DNA of 49,619 nucleotides, taken from assembly GCA_938003595.1 (NCBI GenBank), contig CALKYH010000117.1, positions 1-49,619 on the forward strand. The letters run 5' to 3'. Shown in pieces: positions 7,625-16,598 of this stretch (its first letter is position 1; the number at the start of each line of letters is the position of its first letter). The position numbers were made by a program, and so were the translations under genes. The notes below the pieces were generated by a model. That model was not told where the DNA came from and ran no database searches. It was given only the letters and a program-made list of their open reading frames with translations. Origin of the DNA: an uncultured bacterium (lineage in GTDB: Bacteria > Planctomycetota > Phycisphaerae > Phycisphaerales > UBA1924).

Positions 7625-9445
7625 TCATTCGTCCTCCGCCGGCTCCGGCGGGGCGAGGCCGATGACGCTGTCGGGCTCGGTCGGCGGCTCGGCGGCGTTG
7701 GCGGGGACCGGCGTGTGCTTGCGGATGAAGAACAGCGGCACGGCGCCGTCGGCGGGCTTGGTCCAGGTGGTCAGGACGCGGCGCCCGGCCTCGAGTTCGT
7801 AGTTGATCGCGGCGATCGACTGGCCCAGCAGCGATGGAATGGTGTGGGGCTCGGGCTCGGCTCCCGCGGGGCTGGCCAGCACGGCGCCGCCGCCGGGGCC
7901 GAAGCGTTGTTCGCCCCAGCGCGCGATCATCTGATCGACGTACGGGTTGCCGGTCGCGGCCATGACGAAGCCGAACTGCGGGTTGAGGATGTCCTCGTCG
8001 AGCCAGCGGGTGTCGGTGGCGTTGCCGACGAAGGCGGTCAGGCCCGCCTTGGCGGCGAGGGCGACATTCCGCGGGTTGGAGTCCACGATGCGCACGGGCA
8101 CACCCGCGTCGGCCAGGGCCTTGGCCAGCTCGCGCGCCAGGCGGTGGGCGCCGATGAGCAGCACGCCCGAGGGCGGCCCGGCGCGCACGCCCAGCAGCGA
8201 GGCGACAGGCCCGGCGAGCAGCCCGCTCAGCGCCACGGTGATGAACACCACCACGAAGACCAGCGTCTCGAGCTTGGCCGCCTGCTCGGCGAGATTGGCG
8301 CCCGCGACCATGGCGCGCGGGCCGATGGGCGAGGCCTGCGCCGCCTCCGCCGCGACGCGCGTCAGCTCCAGCGCGGCGATGGACGCCACGGACACCGCCA
8401 CGATGCCGCGCGGCGCCATGAAGCAGGCGAAGAGCTTCTCCCGCACGCTCAGGCGCGAGCCGGCGCAGCCGATGAAGACGCACAGGGGGCGCACCGCCAC
8501 CAGCACGGCGAGCACAAAGGCGCCGTCGAGCCAGGTCAGGTCCCGCAGGCGCTCCAGATCGAAGCGCGAGGCGAGCAGGATGAACAGCGCGCCCACGAGC
8601 ACGCCGGAGACATCCTCCATGGCGTGCTGGACATGCTGGATGGCCTGGCCCCGGGCGCGGGCGAGGATCATGCCGCAGACCGCCGCCGCGACCAGGCCGG
8701 ATTCGTGCAGCACCAGCTCGCTGCAGCCCACGGCGATCGTGCAGGCGGACAAACACAGGAGCGTGGCGGCCGAGTCGCTGGCGGTGGACCTGGCGACCAG
8801 ACGCAGCAGCGGACGGGCCAGCGCCCCGGCCAGGGCGCCGAAGCCCGCGCCGAGGATCAGCGGCAGCACATAGAACGCCGCCCAGCCGACGCGCAGGTCG
8901 TCGGCCCCGCCGCCGTGTCGCCCGAGCACGATCTCCAGCGTGGTGACGGTGATGATGACGCCGATGGGGTCGATGAGCACGGCCTCGGCGCCGAGGGCGG
9001 TGTGGAGGCGGGGGGTCAGCGACACGCGGCGCAGGATCGGCTGCACCACGGTGGGCCCGGTGACGATGAGCACGGCGCCGAGGATGAGCGAGAGCTCGAC
9101 GGACAGGCCGACCAGGAAATGGGCGGCGGCGGCGGAGCCCAGCCAGGTGATGATCGCCCCGACGCTGAGCAACCCCCACACGGCCTTGGGCGCGCGGAGC
9201 AGGGCCTCGCGGTCCAGGTGGATGGAGCCCTCGAAGATGAGCAGGCCGACGGCGACGCTGATGATGGCGCCGATGCTGCCGCCGAGCTGGGCGCCGTCCA
9301 CCAGGTTCAGGCCGACGGGCCCGAGGCCGACGCCCACGAGCATCAGCGGCAGGATGGCCGGCACGCGCAGCCGGCCGCAGAGCATCCCGATGGCGATGCC
9401 GACGCCGATGGCCAGTGCGAGTGTGGATGCGGGGCTTGCGCTCAC
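7625..9445 (-). CDS. Cation:proton antiporter (CPA1/NhaP-type) with C-terminal RCK/TrkA-N-like domain
   Basis: Polytopic membrane region begins LALAIGVGIAIGMLCGRLRVPAILPLMLVGVGLGP and has more than 10 hydrophobic segments. C-terminal Rossmann-like segment: GVLLIGAHRLARELAKALADAGVPVRIVDSNPRNV. I start it at GTG 9445 (VSASPAS...). The further 275 codons of the track ORF are Arg/Pro/Gly-rich junk and overlap the upstream gene. Confidence 0.85.
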   Translation of the reverse strand: MSASPASTLALAIGVGIAIGMLCGRLRVPAILPLMLVGVGLGPVGLNLVDGAQLGGSIGAIISVAVGLLIFEGSIHLDREALLRAPKAVWGLLSVGAIITWLGSAAAAHFLVGLSVELSLILGAVLIVTGPTVVQPILRRVSLTPRLHTALGAEAVLIDPIGVIITVTTLEIVLGRHGGGADDLRVGWAAFYVLPLILGAGFGALAGALARPLLRLVARSTASDSAATLLCLSACTIAVGCSELVLHESGLVAAAVCGMILARARGQAIQHVQHAMEDVSGVLVGALFILLASRFDLERLRDLTWLDGAFVLAVLVAVRPLCVFIGCAGSRLSVREKLFACFMAPRGIVAVSVASIAALELTRVAAEAAQASPIGPRAMVAGANLAEQAAKLETLVFVVVFITVALSGLLAGPVASLLGVRAGPPSGVLLIGAHRLARELAKALADAGVPVRIVDSNPRNVALAAKAGLTAFVGNATDTRWLDEDILNPQFGFVMAATGNPYVDQMIARWGEQRFGPGGGAVLASPAGAEPEPHTIPSLLGQSIAAINYELEAGRRVLTTWTKPADGAVPLFFIRKHTPVPANAAEPPTEPDSVIGLAPPEPAEDE

Positions 9446-9495
9446 GGGGCCCAGTGTAGCCGGGCGGCGTGCGGCGTCTCCGGTCGGCGCTCGGG

Positions 9496-11994
9496 CTACT
9501 GGGGGGGCGCGGTGAGGCCGTAGCCTCCCAGCACGATGTTCAGGTCGGCGAAGTCCACGCGGTTGTCGAAGTCCAGATCGCCGGGGACTCCTTGCCCGAC
9601 CGCGTTGTAGTTGGAGAGCACGACATTGAGGTCGGAGAACCCGACGGCGCCGTCGCCGTCGGCGTCGCCGGGGAGCGCGGGCGTGAGGGCGACCTCGTCG
9701 AGGGCCTCGAGCCAGAGCTCCGCGAGGCGCTCGTTGCCGCGCTGGCTGACATGGTTGGTGTCGGCGCGAAGGCCGTCGGCGAACAGCTCGTTCTGGTCGC
9801 CCAGCTCGGGGTGCATCAGGAGGCTGATCGACGGCGCGTTCATCGCGGCGCCGTGCTCGAGGATGTACAGGTGCCAGGGCGTGAAGGTGGCGGCGTGGGT
9901 CATGTCGCCGAGCCAGACCAGGTCGGCGTGGGGCAGCGCGCCGCGGACCAGCGTCGCCCAGGTGGTCATGCTGTCGGCCGTGCTGTCCTGCTGGGCGAAG
10001 GTCTGCAGCCAGACATCGGGGCTGAACAGCGCCATCCATGCGGGTATGGAGGCGGCGGCGGCGGTGTTGATCTGGGGCTGGTAGCCGTTGCCGCCCCAGC
10101 CGGCGACGCCCCAGACAAAGCCGTCCACATCGGGGCGCCAGGCGTCCATCGCGAAGAGCACGGCGCCCTGGCCCGAGCCGTCGCCCACGCGGAACCGCAG
10201 GCCGCGCCACACCGCCGGGTCGCCCGCGTCCAGAGCGGGCCAGGTGTACTCGATGGTCTCGTAGCGCCACGGGCCGAACAGCAGCGCGGCGCCGTTGGCG
10301 GGCGGGGCGCTGAACGGGAACTCGAGAATGATCGTGGTCGCGCCGGGCGCCGTTTGATTGAAGTCAACGCTCGTGATGACGGCGATGGAGTCGCCGTGGA
10401 CGACCGTGTGCCCGGGGACGGCCAGCGCGCGAGCGTCGCCGGAGAGGGTCAGCACACTCGGCCGATAGGCGTCGCCGGCCCCGGGATCGAAGGTGCGCGA
10501 GCCCGTGGTGGTGTCGAGGTCGAGCGGCTGCTCCGGCTCGGCGTCGGCGCCGAAGGCGCCCTGCCGATCGAATTTGTTCGGCGCCCAGAGCAGCGTGGAG
10601 GCGCCCGGGCACGCGAAGGCGTGCGCCCGCAGCAGCAGCGGTCGGTCGGCGCGGATAAGGCCCTCCGGCTTGCAGCGCAGCGAGAAGCCAGAGCCCGGGG
10701 GCAGCAGCAGGCCGGCCCCGGGGCCCACGCCGTTGTCGGCGACCGAGCCCGTCCAGAAGCGCGAGGCGTCCATCTGGGAGATCGAGGTCACGGCGCCGCT
10801 CATGTACGAGGCGTTGGTCCCGGTGTCGAGGCCGAACCACGGCGTCTTGCTGGTGGTCATCGGCGCGTTGAGCACGCCGGAGGTGGACTCCGGGCGCAGC
10901 CAGGCGAAGCCGTGTATGTAGTTGCCCGGCGACAGGCCCGAGCCGTCGAAGCGCTTGGTGGCGCGGCTGTTGCCGCTGATCATGACCTTCCACGGGCCCG
11001 CGGGGCCGGTGACCAGCCGGCGCGCCCGCGGCGCCACGGCCGCCACGCGGGGCTGGGAGAGGTCCTCGCTCACCGAGGGCAGTTGGCGCACGAAGAAGCC
11101 CGCGTTGCCGCCGTCGTGGTGCGACACATACCGACAGCTGTCCGCGGCCAGCACGGGGCGGACCATCGAGAAGTTGTCCGGCAGCGCGGGGCCGGCGCGG
11201 TTGAAGATGGCGAAGTTCTTCGTGGTGGCCAGTCCCCCGATCACCGCGGCGCGGTCGCCCTGGCTGGAGGCGACGCTCAGCCCGTTGGTCGGCAGCGTGG
11301 CGACGCAGTGGTTCACCATCCACCAGCAGTTGTCGGCGCCGGTCATCAGGCCGCCGTCGCCGACCGTGTTCATGTCGAACGGGGCGTGGAAGCGGCGCGA
11401 CTGCCACACCGCGGCGCCGTCGGCCGGCGCGATCGCCTCGCGGCGCAGCGCCAGCTCGGCGTACACGCCCTCGACCGCGAGGACGGTCTCGGCGCGGGCG
11501 ACGAAGGTGTCGCCGCTGACCGGGCCGGGGATGAAGCCGGAGATCGAGGCGCTGGCGGAGGCGAAGGGCTTGCTCTCGCACGCCGAGCCGATCCAGAGTT
11601 CGCCGGTGGTTCGATCGAACGAGGCGACGACCAGCGCCCACTCGCCGGGGACGAGCGCCTCGGGCGCGGTGACGGTGAGCGAGGTCGGCACGCTGGCGGC
11701 GCGCCGGAGTCGGGCCAGGGGCCGGCCCTGCCCGTCGAGGCGGAGCTCGAAGGCGCCGGTGATCGTGAGGACGGCGCGCTCCGCGCCGGATGCGGGGTCG
11801 GTCGGGCGGATCCAGATCAGCGCCGAGAAGCTGTTCGTGGCGACGATGCCGGTGCCGGGATTGGGCGCCATGCGGATGTGGGCGATCTCATTGATCGTCT
11901 CGAAGCTGGCTCGCGCCGGCGGCGTGGGCGCAGCGAGGGCGATGAGCGCGAGCGCTCCGGCGAGGAGGCCGGCGTTGGTGCGAGGTCGCCGCAT
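9496..11994 (-). CDS. Secreted LamG/concanavalin-like domain protein with C-terminal dockerin-like module
   Basis: Start at ATG 11994 gives MRRPRTNAGLLAGALALIALAAPTPPARA (signal peptide); 832 aa. LamG-like stretch: FSALIWIRPTD...LTITGAFELRLDG...GEWALVVASFDRTTGELWIG. Possible SGNH-like signatures (VMISGNSRA ... DTNHVSQRG), which are uncertain. The C-terminus carries two dockerin/EF-hand repeats. Confidence 0.75.
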   Translation of the reverse strand: MRRPRTNAGLLAGALALIALAAPTPPARASFETINEIAHIRMAPNPGTGIVATNSFSALIWIRPTDPASGAERAVLTITGAFELRLDGQGRPLARLRRAASVPTSLTVTAPEALVPGEWALVVASFDRTTGELWIGSACESKPFASASASISGFIPGPVSGDTFVARAETVLAVEGVYAELALRREAIAPADGAAVWQSRRFHAPFDMNTVGDGGLMTGADNCWWMVNHCVATLPTNGLSVASSQGDRAAVIGGLATTKNFAIFNRAGPALPDNFSMVRPVLAADSCRYVSHHDGGNAGFFVRQLPSVSEDLSQPRVAAVAPRARRLVTGPAGPWKVMISGNSRATKRFDGSGLSPGNYIHGFAWLRPESTSGVLNAPMTTSKTPWFGLDTGTNASYMSGAVTSISQMDASRFWTGSVADNGVGPGAGLLLPPGSGFSLRCKPEGLIRADRPLLLRAHAFACPGASTLLWAPNKFDRQGAFGADAEPEQPLDLDTTTGSRTFDPGAGDAYRPSVLTLSGDARALAVPGHTVVHGDSIAVITSVDFNQTAPGATTIILEFPFSAPPANGAALLFGPWRYETIEYTWPALDAGDPAVWRGLRFRVGDGSGQGAVLFAMDAWRPDVDGFVWGVAGWGGNGYQPQINTAAAASIPAWMALFSPDVWLQTFAQQDSTADSMTTWATLVRGALPHADLVWLGDMTHAATFTPWHLYILEHGAAMNAPSISLLMHPELGDQNELFADGLRADTNHVSQRGNERLAELWLEALDEVALTPALPGDADGDGAVGFSDLNVVLSNYNAVGQGVPGDLDFDNRVDFADLNIVLGGYGLTAPPQ
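9499..9669 (-). other. Dockerin-like (EF-hand Ca-loop plus helix) double repeat coding segment, no flanking cysteines
   Basis: GDADGDGAVGFSDLNVVLSNY ... GDLDFDNRVDFADLNIVLGGY at the C-terminus of the LamG protein. Confidence 0.7.
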
Positions 11995-12140
11995 CGGGGG
12001 GTTGGGGCTCTCTCTCGCCGTCGGCCCGGGCTGCGCCGACGGCGTGGCTGTCCTGATGAATGTACGGGGTGTTTTCGCGGCGGCGGCGATTTTTTTGGAG
12101 GGTTTCGGGCTTTTCACCCCCTCGGCGCGGGTCAAGGTCC

Positions 12141-12174
12141 AAGAAAAACGCCCGGCGCGGGGGCGCCGGGCGTT
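12141..12174 (-). terminator. Rho-independent terminator downstream of the S8 protease gene
   Basis: Perfect 12-bp stem AACGCCCGGCGC / GCGCCGGGCGTT with a 4-nt loop (12147-12174). On the minus strand it is followed by TTTTTCTT. It lies about 55 nt after the protease stop codon. Confidence 0.6.
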
Positions 12175-12227
12175 GGAATGGTCAGGTTCGTGCTCGCCAA
12201 CCCGGGTGGCTGGCGGGTTCGGGGAAA

Positions 12228-15200
12228 TCAGCAGGTCGTGCTGTATACGCCGAGCAGGGAGTTGAGATCGCCGAAGTCCACATCGCCGTCGCCGTCGAGG
12301 TCGCCGGGGAGGTTGGCGCCGTTCTGGCCGAAGGCGCCGAGCAGGAGGTTGAGGTCCGCGAAGTCCACATCGCCGTCGCCGTCGATGTCGCCGAAGCACG
12401 AGGCGCAGCTGTTCATGGTGGACAGGTCCAGCTCGACGAAGCCGACCGGCGTGCCGCCGCCGCCGGACAGGCCGGAGAGGCCGTCGGCCGCCGACATGTT
12501 CATGCAGGCGATGCGGATGACGCCGTCGAAGAACATCTCGATCTGGAAGGTGTTGGAGTTGCCGGCGTTGTACTCGGTGACATTGAGCCAGGTCACCACG
12601 ACGCGGTCGGCGAGCGTCTTCCAGGAGACCTGTCCGGCCTGACCGGGGTGCAGGTCGTCGAAGTGGCCCGAGATGCGGGGCAGGTCGAAGTGGTCGGTGA
12701 TGGTCTCGGTGTAGTCGGTGTCGCCGGCGGTGAAGGTGACATAGCCGTTGGAGCCGACGAAGAAGCTGGTGTACGACACGCCGTAGATCGAGACCGTCGC
12801 GCCGGGCGTGACCTGGAAGAACTGATCGTCCTGGGTGCTGGGGAAGGTGATGACATTGCCGCCCGCGGGATCGGTGGGCAGGGCGGTGATGGGCTCGAAG
12901 CAGCCGCGGTAGAAGTCCACGGTGTTGTTGGGCGTGAAGGTCATCATGTGGCCGGCGGTGTCGCGATTGTCCGCCGTGTCGAAGTTCTCGGTGAAGTAGG
13001 AGGGGATGTCGGAGGTCGCGAAGGTGAAGCACGCGCCGCCGTTGTTGTTCCCGGCGCCGTTGCCCGCGGCGTCCGTCGCCGCGGTCGTGAAGTAGTAGTC
13101 GGTGTCTTCGCTCAGGCCCGCGATGTTGATCGTGTGGCTGGTGTTGAGCCCGGGCGCTCCGACGACCGTGGTCGCCCCGGCGCAGCTCGCGCCGAAGGAC
13201 AGCTCGGAGACAGACGGCTCGTTCGTGTTGAAGGTCACCGTGGCGCCGAAGGGCCCGATGTTGGAGACCTGCACATTCGAGATGACCGGGCCGACGCAGT
13301 CCACCGTCGCGTTCGAGACGACCGGCACATTGGTGTTGCCGAAGCCGTCGTCGGCGTCGATGTAGGTGAACGAGATGGTGTCGCCGTGGGCGATCTGCAG
13401 CGCGCCCGCGGCGTTGGTGGTCGTCAGGGGCAGGGCGCCGCGGAAATCGGCGGTCTGCGCGCCGGTCTCGGTGAGGACCACGATCTCGCCGACGGGGTCG
13501 CTGGTGGAGGTGATGTTGACGAAGACGGTCTCGACCGCGTTGTCGTCGAGGTTCAGGTCGCAGTCGGTGACGCTGGCGTTGAGCGACGAGTCGGCGCAGG
13601 AGTAGAGCGAGCGGTCCATCGCGGCGACGCCGGCGGTGGAGCAGTTGATGAGGAAGGGCGAGGCGGCCAGGGAGAACTTCTGCGGGCCCTGCGGGACATT
13701 CGCGCCCACGACCTCGACGCGCCACACGCCGGCGGGCACGGGCTCGCCGTTCACGCCGACGGCCACCTGCTCGATGTTGTCCCGGGTGTTGGGGGCGTTG
13801 CGGGCGGCGGGGGTGTTGGGGTTGTTGGGGTCGAGCGTCCAGGGGAAGCGCCGGACGCCGTTGGGGTCGAACACGCGCAGGTCGAGGTTGTTCACCAGCG
13901 CGGGGATGGCGTTGAGGGTCGCCGGGGGATCGTTCCAGGCCAGCGTGGCCTTGAAGGTCTCGCCCGGGTTCACGAGCACCAGCGCCGAGTACACGCCGCC
14001 CTGGGCGACGGTCTCCTCAACGAAGTTGCCGGTGCGCATGAAGTCGATGGCGCCGTCGGCGCGGACCGAGCCGTAGCCGGTCTTGTAGTCCGGGCCGGTG
14101 TTGGTCAGGTCCACCGCGGTGTGGGCGAGGATGGCCTTGACGGTCGAGCCGATGGGGTCGGGCTCGCCGCTGAACTGCACGCGGAAGTCCTCGAGCATGA
14201 GGGCCACGATGCCGGTGACCGTGGGCGCCGCCATCGAGGTGCCGCTCTTGACGTTGTAGCTCGTGTTGTTGCTGTTGGAGCTGGTGGAGGTCACGCCGCC
14301 GTCGTTGGTGCCGGCGTGCGTGCCGTTCTGGCTGCCGGGGCCGGACATGTCGGGCTTCATGCGCCCGTCGTCGGTGGGGCCCCAGGAGGTGAAGCTCGTG
14401 ACGCTGTCGTCGTTCGAGTTCATGGCGCCGATGGTGATGTGGTTCTTGCCGCCGCCCGGAGGGGCGATCGTCTCGAAGCCGCCGGCGGAGTTCGGCCAGG
14501 TGTTGCCCGTGTTCTGGCAGTTGCTGGACTGACGCTCGTTGCCCGCCGCCCAGACGATGATCAGCTCCTTCCCGGCGACGCTGCCCCGGGCGATGGAGTC
14601 GATGAGAGAGTCGGTCGTGCCGTAGTTGCCCTGCCAGTCGCAGGGGTTGCCGTTGGGCGCCGTGTTGTTGCCGATGGAGTTGTTCGCGACCGAGACGCCG
14701 TGGTTGGTGATGGCGTCGGTGTAGTCCTGCAGCAGGTCGCCGGGGTTGGTGTAGAGGAAGTCGCTGCCGCCGGCCCACTCGAAGCCGTAGTTGTTGATCG
14801 TCACGCCCGGGGCCATGCCCTTGTGCAGCGGGTTGGCCACGCCGGCGCCGCCGATGGTGCCCGAGACATGCGTCGCATGGTCGGACAGGCCGTCGGAGTC
14901 GCGGTTGGTCGCGCGGCCCTGGAAGTCCACATGCGTGGTGCGGATCGTGCCGCCGTCGAACACCATGACGGACACGCCCGCGCCGGTCAGCCCGTAGGGC
15001 GCCGCCTGCACGATGTTCACGCCGGTGCGCTCGCGGTTGCTGGCGTTCATCTCGGACAACTGCCAGATCGCCGGCTCGATCCACATCACCGCGTCCTCGG
15101 CGGCCAGGGGCTTGACCTGCGACTGCGGGATCTCGATGACCAGGGCGTTGATCGGGCCCAGCACGCTGCGGACGAAGGCGCCGTAGCGCGCGGCCAGCGC

Positions 15201-15755
15201 CGCGGCCTCGGTGTTCAGGTCCACGTCCTTATGGAAGGTCACATAGGCGCCGAACACGGGCTCGAAGCCCTCGTCGCCGTCCTTGCGCTCCTTCATGTTG
15301 ACGACGGCCCACTCCGGGACCATATCGGCCTGGAGGAAGGTGTCGAGCTTCCAGTTGTCGCGGATCTCGCGGACGCTGTAGAGCGAGGGCTCGGCGGCGA
15401 TCGCGTCGGCGTCCAGCGCGCCGGCCACGGGGCTGAGGGACGCGAAGAAGGCGTTGTCGCCCAGGGGGCTCAGCAGCGTCATGCCGGCGTTGGCCAGACG
15501 GGCGCGCTGGGCGTCGGTCACGGGGGCCTTGAACTGCACCACCACGCGACGGCGCTGCGTGTCGGCGGCGCGGGCGTTGAGGTCGGTCAGGGTTGTGCGG
15601 ATCTGCTCGGCGCTGAGCGAGGGGATCGCCGCGTCGGCGCCGGCCCGCCACTGGACCTGCGCGCTCGCGGCGCAGGACAGCAGGGCGCCGGCGGCGCAGG
15701 CGAGCAGGGCGGACGGACGGAGCGCGCGGACGGGGCGCGGGGCCATCGTGGGCAT
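12228..15755 (-). CDS. Secreted subtilisin-like serine protease (peptidase S8) with P-domain, Ig/FN3-like domains and C-terminal dockerin-like module
   Basis: Start at ATG 15755 (MPTMAPRPVRALRPSALLACAAGALLSCAASAQ) with AGGAG 8 nt upstream; 1175 aa. Propeptide-like VVVQFKAPVTDAQRARL. Catalytic triad contexts: VSVMVFDGG, DHATHVSGTIGG, GTSMAAPTVTG. P-domain-like FKATLAWNDPP...NNLDLRVFDPNG. C-terminus: CFGDIDGDGDVDFADLN...GDLDGDGDVDFGDLNSLLGVYSTTC. Confidence 0.9.
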   Translation of the reverse strand: MPTMAPRPVRALRPSALLACAAGALLSCAASAQVQWRAGADAAIPSLSAEQIRTTLTDLNARAADTQRRRVVVQFKAPVTDAQRARLANAGMTLLSPLGDNAFFASLSPVAGALDADAIAAEPSLYSVREIRDNWKLDTFLQADMVPEWAVVNMKERKDGDEGFEPVFGAYVTFHKDVDLNTEAAALAARYGAFVRSVLGPINALVIEIPQSQVKPLAAEDAVMWIEPAIWQLSEMNASNRERTGVNIVQAAPYGLTGAGVSVMVFDGGTIRTTHVDFQGRATNRDSDGLSDHATHVSGTIGGAGVANPLHKGMAPGVTINNYGFEWAGGSDFLYTNPGDLLQDYTDAITNHGVSVANNSIGNNTAPNGNPCDWQGNYGTTDSLIDSIARGSVAGKELIIVWAAGNERQSSNCQNTGNTWPNSAGGFETIAPPGGGKNHITIGAMNSNDDSVTSFTSWGPTDDGRMKPDMSGPGSQNGTHAGTNDGGVTSTSSNSNNTSYNVKSGTSMAAPTVTGIVALMLEDFRVQFSGEPDPIGSTVKAILAHTAVDLTNTGPDYKTGYGSVRADGAIDFMRTGNFVEETVAQGGVYSALVLVNPGETFKATLAWNDPPATLNAIPALVNNLDLRVFDPNGVRRFPWTLDPNNPNTPAARNAPNTRDNIEQVAVGVNGEPVPAGVWRVEVVGANVPQGPQKFSLAASPFLINCSTAGVAAMDRSLYSCADSSLNASVTDCDLNLDDNAVETVFVNITSTSDPVGEIVVLTETGAQTADFRGALPLTTTNAAGALQIAHGDTISFTYIDADDGFGNTNVPVVSNATVDCVGPVISNVQVSNIGPFGATVTFNTNEPSVSELSFGASCAGATTVVGAPGLNTSHTINIAGLSEDTDYYFTTAATDAAGNGAGNNNGGACFTFATSDIPSYFTENFDTADNRDTAGHMMTFTPNNTVDFYRGCFEPITALPTDPAGGNVITFPSTQDDQFFQVTPGATVSIYGVSYTSFFVGSNGYVTFTAGDTDYTETITDHFDLPRISGHFDDLHPGQAGQVSWKTLADRVVVTWLNVTEYNAGNSNTFQIEMFFDGVIRIACMNMSAADGLSGLSGGGGTPVGFVELDLSTMNSCASCFGDIDGDGDVDFADLNLLLGAFGQNGANLPGDLDGDGDVDFGDLNSLLGVYSTTC
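12231..12398 (-). other. Cys-bracketed dockerin-like double repeat coding segment
   Basis: C-FGDIDGDGDVDFADLNLLLGAF-GQNGANLP-GDLDGDGDVDFGDLNSLLGVY-STT-C. The first and last residues of the module are Cys. Confidence 0.75.
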
Positions 15756-16044
15756 GAAACAACTCCTGAAGTCGGAACGCGGGGTGTGGATCGGCACAGG
15801 GGCGTCGGGGCCGGGTCGGGCCAGATCGGGCTGGTTGGGCGTCGGACCACCATGTCCGGACGCTCCGTGGCGGGCAACGAGGCGCGGCCCACGGCGTAGG
15901 CGGCGTCCGGTGATTCCCGTTGACAGCGTCGGACCCGGCGCTGCCGGGGACGGGGCCATCGCGAGAACCGCGCAGGCGCCCCGAACGCTCGGCGTAGGTC
16001 CGGAATGGAACATCCCACGCGGACGGGCCGTGGTCAAGGGGAAT

Positions 16045-16383
16045 TCACGCCGCGGGGGCGAGAAGTTCGTCCCTATCGGCGGATTCCGGGGCCGGCTCCA
16101 CGGCCTCGGCCACCTCGGGCGATCCTTGCCGACGCCGGCCCGGCCACACGCAGACCACGCCCGAGAGCCCGATCAGGGCCAATGCGCCCGGTTCCAGGCC
16201 GAGGAGGCCGAGCGTGTAGGGGATCGGGGCGGACGCCGCGGCGTCGGGCTCCAGCATGGGCGCCGGCAGCGGCGCGGGCGGGAGGGCGAGGGCGGAGCGG
16301 GCGACCAGGCCGAGTCCGAGAACGCAGGACACCGCGCCAAGGGTGATGGCGGCGACGGTGGAGATGGCTCTGCGCTCGGACAT
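16045..16383 (-). CDS. Small secreted/membrane protein with PEP-CTERM-like segment followed by an atypical acidic tail
   Basis: 112 aa from ATG 16383. N-terminal hydrophobic segment (ISTVAAITLGAVSCVLGLGLVA). Later LEPGALALIGLSGVVCVWPGRRRQ, which is EP plus TM plus an Arg cluster. About 30 more residues follow the Arg cluster, which is not classical PEP-CTERM. GC3-rich codons. Confidence 0.4.
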   Translation of the reverse strand: MSERRAISTVAAITLGAVSCVLGLGLVARSALALPPAPLPAPMLEPDAAASAPIPYTLGLLGLEPGALALIGLSGVVCVWPGRRRQGSPEVAEAVEPAPESADRDELLAPAA

Positions 16384-16598
16384 GGAGTCGCGCTCTCTCT
16401 GCTCGCTGTGCGTCCCGGCGGCGCCGGTCGGCGGTCTCTCTCCGCCGCCCGTGATGCATGGGCGGCGCTCCTGCGGGGAACATAAGCCCTCCGCGCCCGC
16501 GTGCAAGGGGATGCGAAAAAAAGAAACGGCCAGATGTCCGGCTGGCGCGGGTTCGCGGGGTTCCCACCACGCCCGTTCCTGCGGGTACGCTGGCGCGC

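Noticed and set aside
5187-7802. 871-codon plus-strand ORF. Similar giants occur at 8-859(-), 2658-4250(-), 9469-12642(+), 12060-15899(+), 16256-19393(+), 28575-30335(+), 32225-33946(+), 33681-36389(+), 36041-39307(-), 36082-38613(+), 38626-40800(+) and 42406-43560(-).
   Set aside because: All run antisense to, or out of frame with, ORFs that carry unmistakable family motifs. Their translations are Arg/Gly/Ala/Pro/Asp-rich and low in complexity, with no motifs. Stop codons are rare in every frame at ~70% GC, so long shadow ORFs are expected.
9446-10270. N-terminal 275-codon extension of the antiporter ORF (track ORF 7625-10270)
   Set aside because: The extension is Arg/Pro/Gly-rich junk and overlaps the well-supported dockerin end of the LamG gene in another frame. 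The membrane domain begins right after GTG 9445.
12228-12420. Short near-identical DNA stretches (GTTSAGGTCSSCGAAGTCSAC-like) recurring at about 9538, 9617, 12262, 12347, 27776, 44215 and 44318; checked as interspersed repeats or a CRISPR-like array
   Set aside because: They are all in frame and encode the F-x-D-L-N helix of the dockerin-like modules. Spacing is irregular and they lie inside genes, so they are protein-level repeats and not a repeat-spacer array.
15929-15934. Perfect TTGACA hexamer on the plus strand in the protease leader
   Set aside because: It has no suitably spaced -10 element and no plus-strand gene for ~670 nt downstream. A single hexamer match is expected by chance.
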